Assembly (NCBI GenBank): GCA_963743575.1
Contig: CAVUQC010000008.1
Coordinates: 19,766-83,765, forward strand
From: an uncultured Solirubrobacterales bacterium
GTDB lineage: Bacteria; Actinomycetota; Thermoleophilia; Solirubrobacterales; 70-9
Direction of reading: 5' to 3'
DNA: 64,000 bases
The notes under the pieces: model-generated
The model's input: only the letters and a program-made list of their open reading frames with translations
Database searches by the model: none
What the model was told of the DNA's origin: nothing
Shown here: one piece after another, positions 57,730 to 64,000 of the stretch
How the letters are laid out: the number at the start of each line of letters is the position of its first letter
How positions within the stretch are numbered: the stretch's first letter is position 1
Program-made: the position numbers and the translations under genes

Positions 57730-58896
57730 CTACATATCGCGGGCATCGGCGTGGATCGCCTGCAGGACGCCGAGCGCCAGAAATGTGCCCAGCACCGAGG
57801 AGCCGCCGTAGCTCATCAGGGGGAGCGTGATCCCCGTGACGGGCATCAACCCGAGGTTCATCCCGACGTTGACGATCACCTGGAAGGCGAGCATCGCCAC
57901 CACCCCGGCCGCGATCATCGTCCCGTAGAAGCTCCGCGCGATCCGCATCACCCTGATCGCCCGCCAGAACAGGACCGCGTAGAGCATGACGACGAAGGCG
58001 GCGCCGAGGAACCCGAAGCGCTCGCCGATCACGGCGTAGATGAAGTCGGTGTGGCGCTCCGGCAGGAACAGAAGCTCCGTCTGGGTGGCGTCGTTCCCGC
58101 GCCCCACCTCCTCTCCGGAGCCGACGGCGATGATGGCCTGATTCACCTGATAGCTGGCGTCGCTCGGATCGTCGCTTGGGTGCAGGAAGGCGGTGAGCCG
58201 ATCCTGCTGGTAGCCGTGGAGGAAGTGGACGCCCGCGGCCGACCCGGCCGCGTAGACGCCGGCACCGATGAGCACGACGGCCGCGCCGATTGCGGCGAAA
58301 TGCTGCCAGGGGATGCCGGCGACGAACAGGATCGTGAGCGCGATCGCCACCAGCACGATCCCGGTCCCCAGATCGGGTTGCAGGAAGACCAGCCCCGCCG
58401 GCGCCAACCCGAGCGCCAGCATGACGAGGGTCTGTCGGAGGCCGAATGGCCGCCTCACGCGTTCGAAGACGAACGCGGCGAGGGAGACGCAGAGCAGGAC
58501 CTTGGCGAGCTCGGAGGGCTCGAACTGGAAGAACGGCAGGTCGATCCAGCGGTTCGATCCCCGCACCGCCGTTCCCACCAGGAGGACCAACGCGATCGAG
58601 CCGACCATCGCCGCGTAGATCGTCACGCGCAGATCGCGGAGGCGCGTGTAGTCGATCCGGGCGACGGCGACCATCAGGGCGATTCCCAGGACGGCGTACA
58701 GGCTCTGGCGCTCGACGAAGAAGAACGGCCGGCCGGCGATCTCGTCCCGGGTGGACGTCGCGAGGGTGAAGACGCTGAAGGCGATCAGGCCGACGGCGGC
58801 GCCCGCCAGCACGCCGTCCATCGGGCGCAGGCTGAGCCATGCGGCGGCCCGCGAGCGCCGCGGCGCGATGGTGAGCGATGGCTTGGCGGCTTCCAT
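57730..58896 (-). CDS. rodA: SEDS glycosyltransferase RodA (copy b)
   Basis: ATG 58896 overlaps the pbp2-b stop (ATGA). Long identical blocks are shared with copy a (LVFLQPDLGTGIVLVAI, HGYQQDRLTAFLHPS, LLFLPERHTDF). Confidence 0.88.
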   Translation of the reverse strand: MEAAKPSLTIAPRRSRAAAWLSLRPMDGVLAGAAVGLIAFSVFTLATSTRDEIAGRPFFFVERQSLYAVLGIALMVAVARIDYTRLRDLRVTIYAAMVGSIALVLLVGTAVRGSNRWIDLPFFQFEPSELAKVLLCVSLAAFVFERVRRPFGLRQTLVMLALGLAPAGLVFLQPDLGTGIVLVAIALTILFVAGIPWQHFAAIGAAVVLIGAGVYAAGSAAGVHFLHGYQQDRLTAFLHPSDDPSDASYQVNQAIIAVGSGEEVGRGNDATQTELLFLPERHTDFIYAVIGERFGFLGAAFVVMLYAVLFWRAIRVMRIARSFYGTMIAAGVVAMLAFQVIVNVGMNLGLMPVTGITLPLMSYGGSSVLGTFLALGVLQAIHADARDM

Positions 58897-60785
58897 CAGC
58901 CCGGGCCTGCGGCATGGGCGCCGGCGCTGTCGACGCCCCCACCCTGTTGGTTGAAGTAGCGCTCGAGGATCGCGCGGGCCATCGGCGCGGCCGTCTCGGC
59001 CCCGAACCCGCCGCGCTCCACGGTCACGGTGACAACGATCTGGGGGTTGGGATATGGCGCGATGACGCTGTACCAGGACTGGTCCTGCTGGCCCTGGCGC
59101 TCGGCCGTGCCGGTCTTGCCGGCAACCGGAATGGGGAAGCTGCCCATGACCGGGTACGAAGTGCCGCCCGGCTCGTCGGCGGCGCGATGCAGGCCGTCGA
59201 GGATCACGTTCCGCGTCTCGCTCGAGATGTGGAGGTGTCGCTGTGGCGCTGGATCGATCTTCCTGACGGTCCGGCCCTGGAGGTTCACGATGGTGCCTCC
59301 GACGTGCGGCCGGACGAGGGTGCCGCCGTTGGCCAGCGCGGCGTACGCTCGAGCCAGCTGCAGCGGGGTGACCATCACATCGCCTTGGCCGACGGCGAGG
59401 TTCACATTGTCCCCCTGATTCCATGGCCTGTCGATGTAAGGGTTCTTGTGACTGCGGTACACGCGGTTGCGCCAGGCCGGCGTCGGGATCAGGCCGGCGG
59501 TGGCGTCGGGGAGGTCGACCTGCGGCTTGCGGCCGAGGCCGTACTTGAATGCCCAGTCCTGAATCTGGCCACCGTTGCCGCTCGCAGAGGCGTGCAGCCC
59601 GAGGTTGAAGAAGTAGACGTCCGAGGAGACCTGGAGCGCCGTGCGCATGTCGATCGGCCCATTGGCGGCCCCACCGGCGTTGTGGACCACCAGACCGCCG
59701 ACGTCGAGCGAGCCCGTGTCGTCGAAGATCGTGCTCGGGGTGATCAGACCGTCTTCGAGCGCAGCCGTGGCGGTGATCGGCTTGAACGCAGATCCGGTCG
59801 GGTAACCCCCCTGGTCCGCACGGTCCACCAGTGGGTCGCCGGAACGGTTGCCGAAGGCGTCGTACTGGGCCTTGGTGTGAGGCTGGGTGTAGAAGGACGG
59901 GTCGAAGGTGGGATAGGAGCCCATTCCCAGGATCCCCCCTGTATGGACGTTCATGGCCACGAACGCTCCGGGGAGACCCTTGGCGCGCAGCGCGGCTTCG
60001 CCGGTCTCCTGAATGCCCGAGTCCAAGGTCAGCCTGAGGTTGTCGCCCGCCTGCGCGGCCCGGCGGCCGAGGGTGCCTCGCGGACGCCCGAGCGCGTCGA
60101 CCTGAATCCGCTCGGCCCCTGCGGTGCCGCGGAGGAACTTGTCGTAGGTGTATTCGACGCCCGCCTGGCCGATGATGTCGCCTGGCTTGAGCGTCCCGTA
60201 CTGAGGCCGGGTCAGCTGATGCGGGCTGATCTGGCCGACCTGGCCCAGGAGGTGGGCCGCGAGCGACCCGTCCGGGTACTTGCGGACATAGGTCCGCTCG
60301 ACGCTCACGCCGGGAAAGCTCTCCTTGTTTTCGAGGAAGTAGAAAAGGAGCCGCCGGTCGAGGCCCTGCTTCAGGACGACCGGATAGCCGGCGTACTGCG
60401 GGGTCGCTTGGACCCGGCTGCGGATCTCTCGCTGGGAGAGTCCCAGGAGACCACCCAGCTTGGCCAGCTCATGCCCCCGATCGCCGCGGTCAGTCGGCAG
60501 ATCGGAGGGTCGAAGCTGGAGGGTCATCACCGTGCGGTTCTCGACCAGGACTCGGCCGTTGCGGTCGAGGATCTCGCCACGCGGAGGATGCACCCGGACG
60601 TCGAGCACGCCGTGGTCCTGCGCGAGAGCCCGGTAGTGCTGGCCGTCGAGCACCTGGAGCGACCAGAGCCGCAGCAGGACGGTGGCGACCGCCGCGATCA
60701 GGAGAGCGGTGAGGACGGCGATGCGGACGTTCAGGCGGCCATTGAGGCGGGGCGGGAGGTCCTCGGGGCGTTGCAGGAGGTACAT
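58896..60785 (-). CDS. mrdA: penicillin-binding protein 2 (class B transpeptidase, copy b)
   Basis: 629 aa with TGSAFKP (SxxK), VSSDVYF and KTGTA. Same architecture as copy a. Confidence 0.88.
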   Translation of the reverse strand: MYLLQRPEDLPPRLNGRLNVRIAVLTALLIAAVATVLLRLWSLQVLDGQHYRALAQDHGVLDVRVHPPRGEILDRNGRVLVENRTVMTLQLRPSDLPTDRGDRGHELAKLGGLLGLSQREIRSRVQATPQYAGYPVVLKQGLDRRLLFYFLENKESFPGVSVERTYVRKYPDGSLAAHLLGQVGQISPHQLTRPQYGTLKPGDIIGQAGVEYTYDKFLRGTAGAERIQVDALGRPRGTLGRRAAQAGDNLRLTLDSGIQETGEAALRAKGLPGAFVAMNVHTGGILGMGSYPTFDPSFYTQPHTKAQYDAFGNRSGDPLVDRADQGGYPTGSAFKPITATAALEDGLITPSTIFDDTGSLDVGGLVVHNAGGAANGPIDMRTALQVSSDVYFFNLGLHASASGNGGQIQDWAFKYGLGRKPQVDLPDATAGLIPTPAWRNRVYRSHKNPYIDRPWNQGDNVNLAVGQGDVMVTPLQLARAYAALANGGTLVRPHVGGTIVNLQGRTVRKIDPAPQRHLHISSETRNVILDGLHRAADEPGGTSYPVMGSFPIPVAGKTGTAERQGQQDQSWYSVIAPYPNPQIVVTVTVERGGFGAETAAPMARAILERYFNQQGGGVDSAGAHAAGPG

Positions 60786-60810
60786 GGCCGCGTTCCCCCT
60801 TCAGCCTGCC

Positions 60811-61851
<1,041 letters not shown>

Positions 61852-61986
61852 CGTCAGGACGAAATATGAGCAATCGCTCGCAGCCTACCGGCTCGCCCTA
61901 AATGCCCAAAATGCCCGGAAACGGAGCTGGTGGCAGAACGGCTTCGCCATCAGATCGCGGCCACGAGCGCCCGCCCACCACAAGTC

Positions 61987-62005
61987 GCGGCGGCTTTGCC
62001 GCCGC
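61987..62005 (-). terminator. short GC stem-loop just downstream of maf
   Basis: gcggcggc-ttt-gccgccgc (8-bp stem), 7 nt after the maf TAA. On the minus strand it is followed by GACTTGTGG, a weak U-tract. Confidence 0.35.
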
Positions 62006-62011
62006 TCGGAA

Positions 62012-62608
62012 TTACTGCGGGCTGGTGGCCGCCAGTTCCGGCGCGAGCTTCAGCAGCAGCCGGATCGGCAGGCCGATCACGTTGGAGACATCGCCCTCGA
62101 CCCGGTCGACGAGCGTCGAGCCCAAACCCTGCACGGCATAGCCGCCGGCCCGGCCTCGCCACTCCTCGCTCGCCAGGTAGCGGTCGATCAGCTCGGGGCC
62201 GAGCTGGTCGAAGGTGACGCGGCAGGACTCGACTCCGGTCCGGACGACCGCCTCGCCGTCGACCCAGTCGGGTCCGATCAGTGCGAGGGCGCCGAGGACC
62301 TCATGGGAGCGGCCAGAGAGCGTCTCGAGGCACCAGCGCGCCTCGCCCTCGAAGGCGGGCTGTCCGACGACGCGCCCGTCCACGACGACCTCCGTGTCCC
62401 CCGCGATCACCATGGTTCCCTCCCGCCGCCGAGCTGCCACCGCCCGGCCCTTGGCGAGAGCGTTGGACAGCACCACCTCGCGCGGCTCGCCCTCGCTCGT
62501 CTCCTCGACGTCGGGGGGGATCGCGGTGAAGGTCAGCCCCATCGAGGAGAGCAGCGACTTCCGCTGGGGAGACTTGGACGCGAGGATGATTCGCTTGGGC
62601 GCCGTCAC
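62012..62608 (-). CDS. maf: Maf-like nucleoside triphosphate pyrophosphatase
   Basis: 198 aa with ILASKSPQRKSLL, ...GADTVV-like (AGDTEVVVDG) and GAYA-like (GGYAVQG) motifs. Confidence 0.88.
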   Translation of the reverse strand: MTAPKRIILASKSPQRKSLLSSMGLTFTAIPPDVEETSEGEPREVVLSNALAKGRAVAARRREGTMVIAGDTEVVVDGRVVGQPAFEGEARWCLETLSGRSHEVLGALALIGPDWVDGEAVVRTGVESCRVTFDQLGPELIDRYLASEEWRGRAGGYAVQGLGSTLVDRVEGDVSNVIGLPIRLLLKLAPELAATSPQ

Positions 62609-62638
62609 GCCCGGAGACTACGGCCCCGGTGGCGTGTC

Positions 62639-63049
62639 CTAGATCTCGGTGAACCAGATGCCGATCTCGCGCTCGGCGGACTCAGGCGAGTCGGAGCCGT
62701 GGACGAGATTGAAGGTGACCTCGGTGCCGAACTGGCCGCGGATCGAGCCGGCGTCAGCCTCGACGGGATCGGTGGCGCCGATCACCTGGCGTGCTGCCTT
62801 GACGGCATTCGGCCCCTCCAGCACCATCGCGACCAGCTCACCGCCGGTGATGAACTCGACGAGCTCACCGAAGAACGGCTTGTCCGTGTGCTCCTCGTAG
62901 TGGACGTTGGCGATGTCCTGGTCGGCCCGCATCAGCTTGAGCGCGATCAGGCGGAGCCCCTTGCGCTCGAACCGGGCGATGACCTCGCCGGTGAGGCCGC
63001 GCTCGAATGCGTCGGGTTTGACGAGGATGAGGGTGCGCTCGGTGGCCAC
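62639..63049 (-). CDS. ndk: nucleoside diphosphate kinase
   Basis: [11 protein letters not shown] and the active-site [11 protein letters not shown] start. Confidence 0.95.
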   Translation of the reverse strand: MATERTLILVKPDAFERGLTGEVIARFERKGLRLIALKLMRADQDIANVHYEEHTDKPFFGELVEFITGGELVAMVLEGPNAVKAARQVIGATDPVEADAGSIRGQFGTEVTFNLVHGSDSPESAEREIGIWFTEI

Positions 63050-63099
63050 GGCCGCGGCACCGTAGCGGAATCAGGCGGGATCGCGTTGCGCGGAGATTG

Positions 63100-63157
63100 A
63101 AAACCGGCGATGGAGGGGCGGGATCGGCCAAAAGCGGCGATGAAGGGGGCGAGATCG
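63100..63157 (+). repeat. imperfect tandem direct repeat (27/28 nt, period 30) upstream of the DUF559 gene
   Basis: aaaaCcggcgatgGaggggcgGgatcg / aaaaGcggcgatgAagggggcgAgatcg. A third partial copy of the ggcgggatcg tail lies at about 63074-63083. Confidence 0.6.
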
Positions 63158-63182
63158 CGGCGTTTGTCGACTTCGCTCCGGT

Positions 63183-64000
63183 ATGCGGAGCAAACTCGAC
63201 AATCGGGGCCGGGACGGTCTCATCGCCAGGATCGCGGCGAATCAGCATGGCGTGATCACGACTGGCCAGCTCAACGGCGTCGGGATGTCTCGTGGCCGGA
63301 TCGCGGAGCGCGCAACCGCCGGCCGCCTCCACCCTGTTCATCGCGGTGTTTACGCCGTCGGGCACAGCAACCTGAGCGACGAGGGCACGTGGATGGCCGC
63401 CGTCCTGGCGTGTGGCGAGGGGGCCGTCCTCAGTCACGAGAGCGCGGCGCAGCTCTGGGGGATCCGCCGCCGGCACGATGACGCCAGTCCGCCGCCTGTT
63501 CACGTGTCCGTCCTGAGCACCGCCGGCAAGAGCCGCCGCAACGGCATCATCCTCCACCGTTCCTCCACCCTCATCGCTGGTGTTCGAACCCGCCGACACC
63601 GGATCCCGGTGACCACGCCGGGGCGGACCCTCACCGACCTCCGCCCACACCTCTCCCCAGCCCAACTCGCCGCAGCCGTCCCGAAGGCCGAATTCCGTGG
63701 GCTGGTGAATGCCGGGGAGGTGGCGACCGACGGCGCCCGCAGCGAGCTGGAGCAACGCTTCCTAGCCCTCTGCCGCCGCCACCGCCTTCCCCAGCCGGTT
63801 GTGAACGCCAGAGTCGATCGCTACGTCGTGGACTTCCTCTGGCCGAAGCATCGTCTCGTCGCAGAGCTCGACGGCTGGGAATCCCACCGCACCAGGTCGG
63901 CCTTCGAGGACGACCGCACCCGCGACGCTCGCCTCTCGGTGCTGGGCTTTCGGATCCTCCGCTTCACCTGGCGACAGATCGAGAACAACCCGCGCGCGGT
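63183..64000 (+). CDS. AbiEi_4-like N-terminal domain + DUF559 (Vsr-like endonuclease fold) protein, 3'-truncated by the window end
   Basis: Own translation from ATG 63183: MRSKLDNRGRDGLIARIAANQHGVITTGQL...HPVHRGVYAVGH...VDFLWPKHRLVAELDGWESHRT...D..RD..L...GFRILRFTW.QI. The frame is open to 64000. It is not in the ORF track because it is truncated. Confidence 0.8.
   Translation, partial: MRSKLDNRGRDGLIARIAANQHGVITTGQLNGVGMSRGRIAERATAGRLHPVHRGVYAVGHSNLSDEGTWMAAVLACGEGAVLSHESAAQLWGIRRRHDDASPPPVHVSVLSTAGKSRRNGIILHRSSTLIAGVRTRRHRIPVTTPGRTLTDLRPHLSPAQLAAAVPKAEFRGLVNAGEVATDGARSELEQRFLALCRRHRLPQPVVNARVDRYVVDFLWPKHRLVAELDGWESHRTRSAFEDDRTRDARLSVLGFRILRFTWRQIENNPRA

Noticed and set aside
63579-63594. 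T-arm-like string ggtgttcgaacccgcc, a possible tRNA fragment or att-site copy.
   Set aside because: It lies inside the DUF559 coding frame and has no flanking acceptor or anticodon arms. Only about 10 nt resemble the tRNA-Ala T-arm.

Overview
High-G+C chromosomal segment of actinobacterial type. My hand counts give about 68% G+C in core genes. It is almost entirely coding: about 65 protein genes plus one tRNA, mostly on the minus strand. I saw no rRNA, CRISPR array, transposase or integrase. The backbone is a conserved housekeeping synteny. In coordinate order it runs hisIE-trpE-trpG-trpD-trpC, era-ybeY-phoH-yqeY, murI, prmA-dnaJ-hrcA, lepA, rpsT, holA-comEC-comEA, leuS, rsfS-nadD-proA, proB-obg, rpmA-rplU-rne, an mre/rod cell-shape cluster, then maf and ndk. 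Small accessory insertions interrupt this backbone: (1) soxR, its target gene, a large secreted repeat protein and murJ between lepA and rpsT; (2) acs, an acetate channel, F420 enzymes, a tRNA-Ala with a nuclease-like ORF, and a ubiquitin-like small ORF pair between leuS and rsfS; (3) an ECF sigma module plus a GMC oxidoreductase/aldehyde dehydrogenase pair between proA and proB; (4) a Vps62-like membrane protein between obg and rpmA. Observations most worth a second look: (a) a PD-(D/E)XK nuclease-like ORF whose frame runs straight through tRNA-Ala(GGC) into a start-less Phd/YefM antitoxin remnant, in a lower-GC patch; (b) a 74-aa ORF ending in Gly-Gly (ThiS/MoaD/ubiquitin-like) next to an uncharacterised 2-TM protein, with no E1, JAMM or sulfur-transfer genes in the window; (c) a duplicated pbp2-rodA cassette, one copy inserted between mreB and mreC; (d) a textbook MerR/SoxR promoter with a 19-bp spacer aimed at a small DUF5519-like gene; (e) ybeY and nadD, whose conserved N-termini are encoded upstream of any ATG/GTG/TTG; (f) a family of small secreted Lys-rich two-Cys proteins, one carrying a 3 x 18-nt in-frame tandem repeat. 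Nothing here is demonstrably a new multi-gene system. All functional calls come from motif recognition by eye, not from database searches.
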